From Chitinophaga pinensis (lineage in GTDB: Bacteria > Bacteroidota > Bacteroidia > 2-12-FULL-35-15), in NCBI GenBank assembly GCA_945879015.1, contig CAMCUO010000005.1:1306-65305 (forward strand): DNA of 64,000 nt, read 5' to 3'. The position numbers were made by a program, and so were the translations under genes. Each line of letters starts with the position of its first letter. The first letter of the stretch is position 1. The notes beneath the pieces were generated by a model. It had not been told where the DNA came from. It saw only the letters and a list, made by a program, of their open reading frames with translations, and did not search any database. Positions 9,091 through 19,152 of this stretch are shown in pieces.

Positions 9091-10134
9091 TTACTTATAA
9101 ATAAGTAGTTCTTTCGAGCCATCACTTTTCATATAACCTCTATACATTCCTGCCGAATTAAAAGGCATGGTAATATTTCCTTTTGCATCAATGGCAATAA
9201 GTCCGCCTTCACCTCCAAGAGTTACTAATTTTTTCATCACTACTTCGTTCGCAGCATCTGCAAGAGATAAACCTTTGTATTCCATAAGCGCTGAAACATC
9301 ATAAGCAACTACCGAACGAATAAAAAATTCACCATGACCGGTACAGGAAACTGCACAGGTTTTATTGTTAGCATAAGTTCCAGCACCAATAATAGGTGCA
9401 TCACCAACGCGACCAAATTTCTTATTGGTCATTCCTCCAGTAGAAGTTCCTGCTGCAAGGTTTCCATATTGGTCAAGTGCAACTAAGCCAACCGTTCCAA
9501 ATTTTTTGTCTTTTAAGTCTATATCTGTAGGTTCAACAAAGCTTGTAGTATCAGAATGATCCAGTTGTAGTTGCTCAGCTTTTTTTATTTTCTGTAATTG
9601 ATCCCAACGTTTCTGTTCAAAGAAATAACTGGTGTCAGCAAATTCACATTTACATTGTTTTGCAAATTTTTCTGCTCCGACACCAACCATCATTACATGC
9701 GGTGATTTTTCCATCACGCATCTTGCCGCTGTGATAGGATTTTTTATGGTACGGACTCCGGCTACAGAACCAGCCATCAATGTTTTTCCATTCATGATAG
9801 AAGCATCCATTTCGTTTTTGCCATCAGCAGTAAAAACAGAACCTTTCCCGGCATTGAATAAAGGAGAATCTTCTAGAATTTTTATTGAGACAATAACTGC
9901 ATCAATGCTTGTTCCGCCTTTGCTTAATGTATCGTAACCTTTTTTTAGTGCTTCATTGAGTTTGTCGGTATATTCTTTTTCAAGCTCAGTGCTCATGTTC
10001 TTTTTTAATATCGTTCCAGCACCACCATGTATAGCAAGGGCGAAATTTTTATTAGGTGTTTGCTTTTTCTCTTGCGATAGAACTAGTATCGGTAAAAACA
10101 GAATCAAGTATATAAATAGAGTTGTTTTTTTCAT
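9091..10134 (-). CDS. Isoaspartyl peptidase / L-asparaginase (Ntn hydrolase, asparaginase 2 family)
   Basis: HGGAGT motif and the autoprocessing site GTVGLVALD. Start moved to MKKTTLFIYLILF (signal peptide), 9 codons inside the ORF-track start. Confidence 0.85.
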   Translation of the reverse strand: MKKTTLFIYLILFLPILVLSQEKKQTPNKNFALAIHGGAGTILKKNMSTELEKEYTDKLNEALKKGYDTLSKGGTSIDAVIVSIKILEDSPLFNAGKGSVFTADGKNEMDASIMNGKTLMAGSVAGVRTIKNPITAARCVMEKSPHVMMVGVGAEKFAKQCKCEFADTSYFFEQKRWDQLQKIKKAEQLQLDHSDTTSFVEPTDIDLKDKKFGTVGLVALDQYGNLAAGTSTGGMTNKKFGRVGDAPIIGAGTYANNKTCAVSCTGHGEFFIRSVVAYDVSALMEYKGLSLADAANEVVMKKLVTLGGEGGLIAIDAKGNITMPFNSAGMYRGYMKSDGSKELLIYK

Positions 10135-10180
10135 TTTATGAACCTTAAAATTAATCAACATTATCTTTCCAAATAAAATA

Positions 10181-10209
10181 CACCCCTAACCCCTCTCAAG
10201 AGGGGAATG
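10181..10209. repeat. Family C C-rich/G-rich mini-palindrome (cacccctaacccctctcaagaggggaatg)
   Basis: Hairpin cccctc-tcaa-gagggg. Related elements lie at 16171, 49944 and 52886. Confidence 0.55.
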
Positions 10210-10281
10210 AATACTGCTAATATATAAATAAGTTCTTCGAAAAAATTATTCTTAGTGCCTTTGTGCTCTTAGTGGTATGTT

Positions 10282-10824
10282 TTACAACATCTTCAAAATT
10301 TCATCACTCATTGGGTTTACAGCAGATGAATAGTATTTTACTAATTCTCCTTTTTCGTTAATTAAGTATTTGCAAAAATTCCAAGTAGGCACTTCATTGT
10401 TCCACCCATTTTCTTTTTCATCACTTAACCAATTGTACAAAGTATTATCTTTTACATCAATTTTTTCAAAAAGCTGAAATGTAACTCCGAAATTTTTTCT
10501 GCAAAAAGCACCAATATCTGAATTCGTTCCAGGTTCTTGTCCGCCAAAATTATTTGCAGGAAAACCAAGTATAGTTAGTTTGTTGCCATGTGTTTCATGC
10601 AATTTCTGCAATTCATCATACTGAGGAGTATAGCCACATTCAGAGGCAGTATTCACAATCAATAGTTTTTTTCCTTTATAAGACGAAAAGTCGATTTCTT
10701 TTCCTTCAATAGACTTCAATTTGAAATCATAAAATGATTTTGAACTCATTTTTGTATTATTAGGTCGTGATGAAACTCCTTTTGGAGAAAACAATTTTAG
10801 TAATTGATATATTAAATTTTTCAT
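10282..10824 (-). CDS. Glutathione peroxidase (Cys type)
   Basis: NTASECGYTPQY active-site region and FPANNFGGQEPG. The true start may be the internal MSSKSFYDF at 10749. Confidence 0.85.
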   Translation of the reverse strand: MKNLIYQLLKLFSPKGVSSRPNNTKMSSKSFYDFKLKSIEGKEIDFSSYKGKKLLIVNTASECGYTPQYDELQKLHETHGNKLTILGFPANNFGGQEPGTNSDIGAFCRKNFGVTFQLFEKIDVKDNTLYNWLSDEKENGWNNEVPTWNFCKYLINEKGELVKYYSSAVNPMSDEILKML

Positions 10825-10827
10825 AAA

Positions 10828-13251
10828 TTATTCTACTATCCTCAGTTTTGCAAATTTTATTAATAATTGTTTTTGTCCAATTCCATCAAAAAATATTGTT
10901 GCTTTATTATTTGGAAATGCGCCATCCATACTAACCACTTTTCCACTGCCAAAACGATCGTGCTGGACTTGCATCCCTACATTTAAATCTCGTAAACTTT
11001 CAGTATCGAAATCAGAAGTGTTTTTGGATGCTTTATTTACTTTCACCAACTTTTTCCCAATTACTGGTCGTTGTACAAATGTTTCCTTTGGTTTAGATGT
11101 ATGCAATTTCGGTTTTAATGAATATTCTTCATCAGCAAATATCCGCCCTTTGTTTTCTGTTGGTAACTGAATATATTTTGAATCCAATTCTTCAATGAAT
11201 CTGCTTGGTTCGCAATAAATTAAATTCCCCCAACGGTAACGAGTTGTAGAGTAGGAGAGTGTGATTCTTTTTTCTGCACGTGTTAATGCAACATAAAATA
11301 ATCTTCGTTCTTCTTCCAAATCTGCTCTTTCGGTTAACGACATCTGTGAAGGAAATAAATTTTCTTCCATTCCAACAATATATACATACGGGAACTCTAA
11401 TCCTTTCGCAGCATGAATCGTCATCAATACTACTTTGTTTTTATCTTCTTCTGTTTCGTTCTTTTTATCAGCATCTGTCATTAATGCAATGTCTTGCATG
11501 AAAATATTCAGAGTAGTTGTTGGTTGCTCGCTGTTGGTTGTAGGTTCATCCGTAAATAACAAAGCACTTTCTTCTTCTTCTCTTTTGACTTTTAACTTTT
11601 GACTTTCTTCTCTTTCTAATTGGTTCTCAATCTCCGTTTCATCTTTTACAATTTCAATCTCACTTTCAGTAAATTCTTTTATTCCATTTAGTAATTCTTG
11701 AATATTCTCATGCCTGCTTACTCCTTCGGGAGATTTATCAGCATACAAGTCTTTTAGAATGCCTGAATGTATTGCTATATGTTGTCCTAAGTCATAAGCA
11801 TTTTGTGTTGTCAATTGTGCTGAAAAACTTTTTATCATGCTAGCGAATTCATCAACTTTAGTTTTTGCACCGGTGTTTAGCCCAATATCAAATTCGTTTA
11901 TGTTTTCAATTACTTTCCACAAACTGATATTATGGTCGTTGGCAGCTACAATAATTTTTTCAAGTGTTGTATCGCCAATTCCACGAGCAGGATAATTTAT
12001 TATTCTTTTTAAAGCTTCTTCATCGTTATTGTTAATCGTCATACGATAATAAGCCAATAAATCTTTTATTTCTTTTCGTTGATAAAAAGACAATCCGCCG
12101 TAAATGCGATACGCAATATTTTGTCTACGTAAAGCTTCTTCCATTGCTCTGGATTGCGCATTGGTTCTATATAAAATAGCAAAGTCACGGTTATGCGCCT
12201 GCTCATTCATTTTTGTTTCGAAAATAGAATTGGCAATAAAATTTCCTTCTAAATTATCACTTTCGGTTTTTACAACTTTAATTATTTCACCTTCTGCATT
12301 ATCTGTGAAAACATTTTTTTTCAGCTGATCTTTATTTTTTGCGATAACGGAATTTGCAGCACCAACAATATTTTTTGTAGAACGATAATTTTGTTCCAAT
12401 TTAAAAATGCGTAATTCAGGATAATCTTTTTCGAAATTTAAAATGTTCTGAATGGTTGCTCCACGGAAAGCATAAATACTTTGAGCATCATCACCCACCA
12501 CACATATATTTCGGAAAGCCGCTGCCAACTGTTTAACAATTAAGTATTGAGAAAAGTTGGTATCCTGATACTCATCCACCAAAATATATTTGAACTTATG
12601 TTGATATTTATGAAGCACTGCCGGAAAATCGCGCAAGAGAACATTTGTATTGAATAGCAAATCATCAAAATCCATAGCACCAGCCTTGAAACAGCGGTTG
12701 CGATAAATTTCATAAATAATACCCATTTTTGGTTTGGCCGACTGACGATCTTCCTCTTGAATTTGAGGATTATTAAGATAAGATTGAGCCGAAATCAGGT
12801 TGTTTTTTGCAGAAGAAATTCGCGACAAAACAGCTCCTGGTTTATAAATTTTATCGTCCAAACCTTGTTCTTTAAGGATAGTTTTGATTAAACTTTTGGC
12901 ATCATCCGTATCATAAATGGTAAAATTGGGAGGATAGCCTATTTTTTCAGCCTCACTGCGTAAAATCCTGGCAAAAACTGAGTGAAAAGTACCCATCCAA
13001 AGGTTTTTTGCTTCGCCTTGACCCACAATTTTAGCAATCCGCTCCTTCATTTCTCGAGCGGCCTTATTGGTGAACGTTAAGGATAGAATATTAAAAGGAT
13101 CAACTCCTTTGGTCATGATATGCGCTACTCGGTAGGTCAAAACACGCGTTTTCCCCGAACCCGCTCCTGCTATAATCATTACTGGACCTTCGGTACACTC
13201 AACTGCCTCTCTTTGAACCGGATTTAGCTCTTCTAAATACGTTTTTGACAT
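10828..13251 (-). CDS. UvrD/PcrA-family ATP-dependent DNA helicase
   Basis: 807 aa with Walker A GAGSGKTRVL, VDEYQDTN, and a C-terminal Tudor-like tail (FGSGKVVSMDG...). Confidence 0.9.
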   Translation of the reverse strand: MSKTYLEELNPVQREAVECTEGPVMIIAGAGSGKTRVLTYRVAHIMTKGVDPFNILSLTFTNKAAREMKERIAKIVGQGEAKNLWMGTFHSVFARILRSEAEKIGYPPNFTIYDTDDAKSLIKTILKEQGLDDKIYKPGAVLSRISSAKNNLISAQSYLNNPQIQEEDRQSAKPKMGIIYEIYRNRCFKAGAMDFDDLLFNTNVLLRDFPAVLHKYQHKFKYILVDEYQDTNFSQYLIVKQLAAAFRNICVVGDDAQSIYAFRGATIQNILNFEKDYPELRIFKLEQNYRSTKNIVGAANSVIAKNKDQLKKNVFTDNAEGEIIKVVKTESDNLEGNFIANSIFETKMNEQAHNRDFAILYRTNAQSRAMEEALRRQNIAYRIYGGLSFYQRKEIKDLLAYYRMTINNNDEEALKRIINYPARGIGDTTLEKIIVAANDHNISLWKVIENINEFDIGLNTGAKTKVDEFASMIKSFSAQLTTQNAYDLGQHIAIHSGILKDLYADKSPEGVSRHENIQELLNGIKEFTESEIEIVKDETEIENQLEREESQKLKVKREEEESALLFTDEPTTNSEQPTTTLNIFMQDIALMTDADKKNETEEDKNKVVLMTIHAAKGLEFPYVYIVGMEENLFPSQMSLTERADLEEERRLFYVALTRAEKRITLSYSTTRYRWGNLIYCEPSRFIEELDSKYIQLPTENKGRIFADEEYSLKPKLHTSKPKETFVQRPVIGKKLVKVNKASKNTSDFDTESLRDLNVGMQVQHDRFGSGKVVSMDGAFPNNKATIFFDGIGQKQLLIKFAKLRIVE

Positions 13252-13440
13252 AAATTCTTTAAATTTTGCTCAAAAATAAGCTAAAAATGATGCTAAAAAG
13301 CAGATTTTAATGTGTGTTGAAAAGTAATCCTGCGTTTTTTTTTAACACATGCAACTTTTGGGCATAATTGTACATCTGCTATGTATATTTCAATATAATT
13401 AGTAAATTAGTCGGATAATAAAATCAAAAAAAATTTTAAA

Positions 13441-13851
13441 ATGAAAAAACTTATCTATTCTCTTGTAATTACATTTTTAATGGGATTATCGGTAAACACA
13501 TTCGCTCAAAAAGCAGTTGCTACTATGGCATATTTGAATGTTAAAACTTCTAAAAAAGTTGTAGATGATAAAACTGCAATTGTTAGCTTTCAGTTAAATA
13601 ACATTTCAGATGAAGCTACATTAGCAAAATATAAGAAAGCATTTTCTTCTCAACAAAGAATTCAGTCAGTAACTACTTCTTTGCAAAAAGGAAATATGGC
13701 TTCTTTTTATATTAAAATGGACAAAACAGCAACACTAGAAACTTTACAAAGATTATTCGTTAAGGCACATGTTGCATCAGTAAATGTTGATGGCAAAGTT
13801 GCAGCTACTAAAGATCTTTCTAAATTAAAACAAAAATCTGCTAAAAAATAA
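13441..13851 (+). CDS. Hypothetical secreted protein
   Basis: 136 aa with a signal peptide (MKKLIYSLVITFLMGLSVNTFAQ). No recognisable domain. Confidence 0.5.
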   Translation: MKKLIYSLVITFLMGLSVNTFAQKAVATMAYLNVKTSKKVVDDKTAIVSFQLNNISDEATLAKYKKAFSSQQRIQSVTTSLQKGNMASFYIKMDKTATLETLQRLFVKAHVASVNVDGKVAATKDLSKLKQKSAKK

Positions 13852-13871
13852 TATTTTTTCATACTTATAAA

Positions 13872-14999
13872 ATGGGTATTACTTTTTGTAATCCCCATTT
13901 TGTTTTTTACACCCATTCCATTATTGTGGTCGAACCGATAAACAAACAATTGCATTTCATCATTGGCATTGGACGCTCCGGAACGACCATTCTGAATAAG
14001 ATATTAAATTCTCATCCTTCTATTCACAGTTTACCAGAGGCAAATTTCCTTCTTTTTTTTCTGAACGATTATAAAAATGTAACTCGTTTTACAAAAGAGA
14101 ATATTGAGTTAATGTTTCAGCAGATTAAGATCTTTTCATTGTCGCATCCATTGGTTGGTTGGGAATTGGACATGGAAAATGCAAAGCAAAATCTTATAGA
14201 TATTGTTTCAAAAGGTGAATTGTCCTATGCTACACTTTGTAAAACTATTTATTCTGAAATTAAAGTAACAGGGAAAGACAAGTCAAACGCTACAATGCTG
14301 ATTGATAAAAATCCTGCTTTTACTTTATCAGTTGACCAATTGGAAAAACATTTTCCTGAATCAAAATTTATTTTGTTGGTTAGAGATTACAGAGCAAATG
14401 TATTGTCGAGAAAACAAAATGCTTATTTGAAATCACCTCTTGTGCCTTATAATGCTACTCGTTGGAGAGTTTTTAATCTGATTGCCAATAAGTTTTATCA
14501 AAAGCATAAGAGCAAAGTATTGTTATTGAGATATGAAGATTTGGTGAGCGAATACGATGCATCCATGAAAAAAGTGTTTGCCTTTTTAAATGTGAAAGAG
14601 GAAGATATGAAAGAAACGGACTTGTCGAAAGTGGATGTTTCAAAAATGGAAATTGCTAATGAGCATAAAAAATACTTTTCAAAAAAATATGAAGATTTAA
14701 GTAAGCCAATTAATACCAAGAGAGTAAATGCATGGCAAACAGAATTGAGCAAAGAGGATATTGCTGAGTGTGATACTATTTGTGCGAGTTTTGCTAAAGT
14801 GTTTGGTTATACAGAATTTACTCCTGTTCCTTTTTTCAAAAAAATCGGGATTATCTTAAAGAACATTTTTATTATTATTCCTTCTTATTTAGATATTAAA
14901 AAGGATCAGTTGTTGTACCACGTTTCTGCAAAAACAAAAATGAATGCTTTGATTAAGCGACACGAAACGCTTGGTTTTATTAAGCGTTCAGATTCGTAA
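13872..14999 (+). CDS. PAPS-dependent sulfotransferase
   Basis: 5'-PSB loop GIGRSGTTIL and a 3'-PB-like VRDYRANVLSRK. Confidence 0.75.
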   Translation: MGITFCNPHFVFYTHSIIVVEPINKQLHFIIGIGRSGTTILNKILNSHPSIHSLPEANFLLFFLNDYKNVTRFTKENIELMFQQIKIFSLSHPLVGWELDMENAKQNLIDIVSKGELSYATLCKTIYSEIKVTGKDKSNATMLIDKNPAFTLSVDQLEKHFPESKFILLVRDYRANVLSRKQNAYLKSPLVPYNATRWRVFNLIANKFYQKHKSKVLLLRYEDLVSEYDASMKKVFAFLNVKEEDMKETDLSKVDVSKMEIANEHKKYFSKKYEDLSKPINTKRVNAWQTELSKEDIAECDTICASFAKVFGYTEFTPVPFFKKIGIILKNIFIIIPSYLDIKKDQLLYHVSAKTKMNALIKRHETLGFIKRSDS

Positions 15000-15017
15000 A
15001 TTATACTTAATTATAAC

Positions 15018-15043
15018 GTCACACTGAGCGGAGTCCAAGTGCG
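15018..15043. repeat. Family B short repeat gtcacactgagcggagtccaagtgcg
   Basis: Matches the copy at 3625-3650 at 25 of 26 nt. It lies between the two convergent sulfotransferase genes. Confidence 0.7.
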
Positions 15044-15052
15044 TTATCTTTA

Positions 15053-16096
15053 CTAAATCCGATTCTTCGAAGGAGAAGGCCTGAAGGCTAAAGGTAGCTT
15101 GTATTTTATCTTAATTAAAATTCCCCAGACTGAGGATTTCAAATAACAATAGTTGTAATATAGTTTATCGAAAATAGTAGTTTTTTTTGAAGGAATGTGT
15201 TTCGCATAACCGAATCTCAAAGCCAATTTCTCACAAGCAAAATCAAGCAAAGCAATTTCTTCCGATTTTAATTCATTCACATAAGCATTAACCCTTTCGG
15301 TATTTACCTTTTTTTCCAAATTACCGTGCATACGTTGAATTTTTTCATTCTTTTCCTTAGAAACATTTTCCACCGCATGCTTTTTTATCTCTTTTGAAAG
15401 TTCCTGAAAATTGAGCATTTGCTCGGTATACGGAACATGAATGTAGGAACAAAGCAATTGTAAGTGCTCTGTAGGATCACTTGCCAAGTCTTCATATTTA
15501 ATTAAATGATAGGGAATGTTTTTCGTGGCAAGACATTCAAAAATGCTTTCATAATAATAATTCCAATCGGCTGCCAACTTGTGAATTGGAACATTTTCAT
15601 CCGAATATTTTCTTCTCGATAAAATATTGTCTCTGTAATCTCTAACAATGACAATAAATTTTGCATCAGGAAAGATTTCTGAAATTTTATCAATGTGCAA
15701 AGAGTAAGATGGATTTTTATCGATTACCCAATTCACATTTTTCTTCTCTTTTTGAGATAGGGGGTAATTCAAATAAGCGAGCTTGCAAACATTTGCAAAA
15801 GTTTTATCCTTTAACTGAAGGATATCTTTCTTTAATTCCGGACCGGGTTTCCATATACTTATCACTCTGTTGAAATTTTGGTCGAACATATCAATAAATG
15901 CATCCACTACTTTCTCATCATTAAAATCCTGCTGATGAAAGGTGTGATAAGAGTGCATAATGAATTCGTTTTCTGGACTGGCAATAATCTCAGGATTGGA
16001 ATTGAGTATATTTGTGAGAAGAGTAGTGCCCGAGCGACCCATTCCTACAATAAAGGCAATTTTTGGTAAAGATGATAATGGTTTTAATTCAGTCAT
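15053..16096 (-). CDS. PAPS-dependent sulfotransferase (paralog)
   Basis: GMGRSGTTLL and VRDYRDNILSRRK. Confidence 0.75.
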   Translation of the reverse strand: MTELKPLSSLPKIAFIVGMGRSGTTLLTNILNSNPEIIASPENEFIMHSYHTFHQQDFNDEKVVDAFIDMFDQNFNRVISIWKPGPELKKDILQLKDKTFANVCKLAYLNYPLSQKEKKNVNWVIDKNPSYSLHIDKISEIFPDAKFIVIVRDYRDNILSRRKYSDENVPIHKLAADWNYYYESIFECLATKNIPYHLIKYEDLASDPTEHLQLLCSYIHVPYTEQMLNFQELSKEIKKHAVENVSKEKNEKIQRMHGNLEKKVNTERVNAYVNELKSEEIALLDFACEKLALRFGYAKHIPSKKTTIFDKLYYNYCYLKSSVWGILIKIKYKLPLAFRPSPSKNRI

Positions 16097-16170
16097 TTAA
16101 TAGCTCAGCCTATGTTTTAAGCATTCAATATACAAAGTAATACTTAGGAAAATCTAAAATAGACAAATTA

Positions 16171-16197
16171 TCCCTCTGCTTTTTCAAGGAGAGGGAA
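16171..16197. repeat. Family C mini-palindrome (tccctct-gctttttcaagg-agaggga)
   Basis: Inverted repeat read directly, upstream of the MBOAT operon. Confidence 0.45.
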
Positions 16198-16310
16198 GGC
16201 TGAGGTTTTAAAAGGGCTATTTTTGATTTTCACCTAGTATAAAAGTAACAATTATTCGTTTATTTGAGTATTTTTGAGATATTTGTATAGTATGGTAATG
16301 GGCATAAATT

Positions 16311-18854
16311 ATGAGGCTAATTGACAAATATTTTCCTTTAATTTCAGTTACTTCAGAAAATCGGGAGGCGCTTTTCAATATCGATAGGCTTCGTTTTTTT
16401 AGTCTGGCTTTAGCGCAATTTATTTTAATTCTTTTTATTGTTACTCGCTATAATTTTGAAAAGTCATCAGGAATAATCGATTATGCTCCTTATGTTATTC
16501 TAGTATTTGCAATTTATAGTTTTATTGCCATCCGTTTTCGTCCAGCATTTCTATTTCTTGCGTGTGTTGCACTTGTTTATGCAGCATTTGGAATTCTGGC
16601 TGGAAGTTTTTTTATTCTTATCGGATTAGGTTTGATTTTAATTTGTCACTTACCTATAAAATATACTTATCGCTTTGTATTAATATTAGCTATTGCATTT
16701 CTTCTAGCTCTTTTTAGGACAGAATTTATTTACATTCCATGGATGACTATGACTGCTATGTACATGGCTCCATTGTTTATGTTCCGACTCATTATTTATT
16801 TGTATGAAATAAAGAACGGAGTGGTACCTGCAAATAAATGGCAAAGTATCAGTTACTTTTTTATGTTTCCAAATGTGTTCTTTCTCTTCTTTCCAATTAT
16901 CGATTACAAAACCTATATCAAAACACACCTCGATTCACCTGAAAAAGAAATATGGCAAAAAGGAATTCGATGGATGCTGCGTGGATTGATTCACATCATG
17001 TGTTATCGTTTGATCTGTTTTCATTTTTTAATCGGACCAGTTGAAGTAATTGACCTTCCAACAATGTTGCAATACATGGTGGTTAATTATTCTTTGATTA
17101 TCAGACTTTCTGGTGTATTTCATTTTATGATTGGTCTGGTTTGTATGTTTGGATTCAATCTTCCTCAAATATTTGACAATTATTTTACTGCTACCAGCTT
17201 TGTTGATTTGTGGAGAAGAATAAATATTTATTGGAGAAATTTCGTTCTAAAAATATTTTTCTACCCAACAATGTTTAGGTATAAAAAAATTCTGAAAAAG
17301 AATTTGTTGGCTTTTACCATGATGACGGTTTTCTTTATAACCTGGATAATGCATAGTTATCAGTTGTTTTGGATAACAGGTGTAGTTTCTGTTAGATCCA
17401 TAGATGTTATTTTTTGGATGGTGATTGGTGCATGTATAACTACAAATTCGGTAATTGTTGAAAAATATACTTTAGCTGAAGACAGAGTAGAAAAGCCTCA
17501 ATCGGAGTTTAAAAAGTATTTCATGAAAATAATCCGAATGATGGGAATGTTTCTTTTCATGTCAATTATGTGGTCGTTATGGAATACACGTACATTGGAA
17601 GATTGGCTTTTTATTGTTTCAAAAGGAAAACAAGTTGATTCGAAACAGTTACTTCTTATTTTTTCGGTTGTAATTGGAATTATTGGTTTAGGAATTCTTG
17701 TTCAGATGATGTTGAAAAATGTTAAGTTAAAACAGCTTATTAATAGGAAACCGCACGAAACAATTTTATTGACTTTGTCTACACTTACACTTCTAACATT
17801 ATTTTCTTTCAAAGAAATTCGTTCTAATATACCTTTATCAGTGCAACATTTGTACGATCAAATTTCTGATGGTTCAGCTAACAAACTTGAGAAAACAAAT
17901 GCTGAAGCAGGTTATTACGATAAATTGATTGAAGGCGAAGAGGGCAATACAATTGGCATAGGAGGAAGGTCATTAAAAAAGATGGTGAAGAAAAATCCTT
18001 ATACCAATGCTTATATTTATCAAAACAATATTGTAAACCGAAGAATGAAACCCAATCTCAACATTGTTGGTTCGGATCATAATTTTCAAAGTAATAGTTT
18101 TGGAATAAGAGATAAAGAGTATTCTATAAAAAAACCTCTTGGAACAAAACGTTTAGCATTGCTTGGCGGCTCTTATCAAATGGGTTCTGGTGTAAATAAC
18201 AATGAAGTTTTTGAAGCCATTGCAGAAGAAAGAATGAACAAAGAGTTGGTGGATACAAATTATAAAGCTTTTGAAATTTTCAATTTTGCTGCTGGTGGTT
18301 ATTATTTGTTGCAGCATGTTGAAATAGTTCATACATCTGTATTTCAATACGACATGGATGCCTTGGTATATTTTGCGCATACTGATGAAAGAGGCAAAGT
18401 GGTAAAAGATTTTACTACTATTATCAAGAAAGAATTGCCATTGAAATACCCATTTCTTCAGCAAATTGTCAAAGAAAGCGGCATTAAATCTTATATGAGT
18501 ATTTTACAAATAAGAGAATTACTGACTCCATATGCCGATACAATTATGAAATGGGGTTATAAGGAAATATATGAGCAATGTAAAAAGAACAATGTGGTTC
18601 CTGTTTGGGCCTATATGGAAACTACTACTGAGTTTGTTGATGATGCAGAATATAATGAGCTAAAAGCATACGCTGAATCATTAGGTTTTGTAACTTTGGA
18701 TTTACGCAATACCTATGGCAATATTGATAGAGTTGAAATTCAGATTTCGGATTTAAATACTCACCCAAATGTATTAGGACATCGATTGATTGCTGAAAGG
18801 TTTTATAAAGAGTTGAAATTAAAAAGAGATAGTATTTTTAGAATTGTTGAATAA
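16311..18854 (+). CDS. MBOAT-family membrane acyltransferase (DltB/AlgI-like) fused to a C-terminal SGNH/DltD-like domain
   Basis: 847 aa. The N-terminal roughly 470 aa are polytopic, with the MBOAT signatures DLWRRINIYWRNF and the conserved His in FFITWIMHSYQLFW. After 2-3 further TMs, a soluble domain carries LLGGSYQMGSG (block I-like Ser) and DLNTHPNVLGHRLIAERF (block V-like). Confidence 0.75.
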   Translation: MRLIDKYFPLISVTSENREALFNIDRLRFFSLALAQFILILFIVTRYNFEKSSGIIDYAPYVILVFAIYSFIAIRFRPAFLFLACVALVYAAFGILAGSFFILIGLGLILICHLPIKYTYRFVLILAIAFLLALFRTEFIYIPWMTMTAMYMAPLFMFRLIIYLYEIKNGVVPANKWQSISYFFMFPNVFFLFFPIIDYKTYIKTHLDSPEKEIWQKGIRWMLRGLIHIMCYRLICFHFLIGPVEVIDLPTMLQYMVVNYSLIIRLSGVFHFMIGLVCMFGFNLPQIFDNYFTATSFVDLWRRINIYWRNFVLKIFFYPTMFRYKKILKKNLLAFTMMTVFFITWIMHSYQLFWITGVVSVRSIDVIFWMVIGACITTNSVIVEKYTLAEDRVEKPQSEFKKYFMKIIRMMGMFLFMSIMWSLWNTRTLEDWLFIVSKGKQVDSKQLLLIFSVVIGIIGLGILVQMMLKNVKLKQLINRKPHETILLTLSTLTLLTLFSFKEIRSNIPLSVQHLYDQISDGSANKLEKTNAEAGYYDKLIEGEEGNTIGIGGRSLKKMVKKNPYTNAYIYQNNIVNRRMKPNLNIVGSDHNFQSNSFGIRDKEYSIKKPLGTKRLALLGGSYQMGSGVNNNEVFEAIAEERMNKELVDTNYKAFEIFNFAAGGYYLLQHVEIVHTSVFQYDMDALVYFAHTDERGKVVKDFTTIIKKELPLKYPFLQQIVKESGIKSYMSILQIRELLTPYADTIMKWGYKEIYEQCKKNNVVPVWAYMETTTEFVDDAEYNELKAYAESLGFVTLDLRNTYGNIDRVEIQISDLNTHPNVLGHRLIAERFYKELKLKRDSIFRIVE

Positions 18855-18888
18855 TATATTTGTTTGTCAAACTTAAAATATAAAAAAC

Positions 18889-19152
18889 ATGCGTGCAGAC
18901 ATTAACGAAATAAAAGAAACAGTAAAGGCGTTCGTTAATAAACGTTTTTTAAAAAATGCTGAAGGGAAAGAATTAAACTATTCAACTCCTCTCATTTCTG
19001 GTGGTATTATTGATTCGATACTTGCTATGCAGTTGGTTGTTTTCCTAGAACAAACCTACAGGTTTGAATTTCAAGCACACGAAGTTGATAAAGATAATTT
19101 AGATAACATCGATATCATTGCAGGGTTTGTTGTAAAGAAGTTGAATGCATAA
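18889..19152 (+). CDS. Stand-alone carrier protein (PCP/DltC-like)
   Basis: 87 aa. GGIIDSILAMQLVVFLE contains the phosphopantetheine Ser. Its 3' end overlaps the adenylase start. Confidence 0.8.
   Translation: MRADINEIKETVKAFVNKRFLKNAEGKELNYSTPLISGGIIDSILAMQLVVFLEQTYRFEFQAHEVDKDNLDNIDIIAGFVVKKLNA

Noticed and set aside
10282-10824. Possible selenoprotein glutathione peroxidase
   Set aside because: The reading frame is uninterrupted and the active-site residue is an encoded Cys (ECGYT). There is no in-frame TGA and no SECIS-like hairpin requirement.
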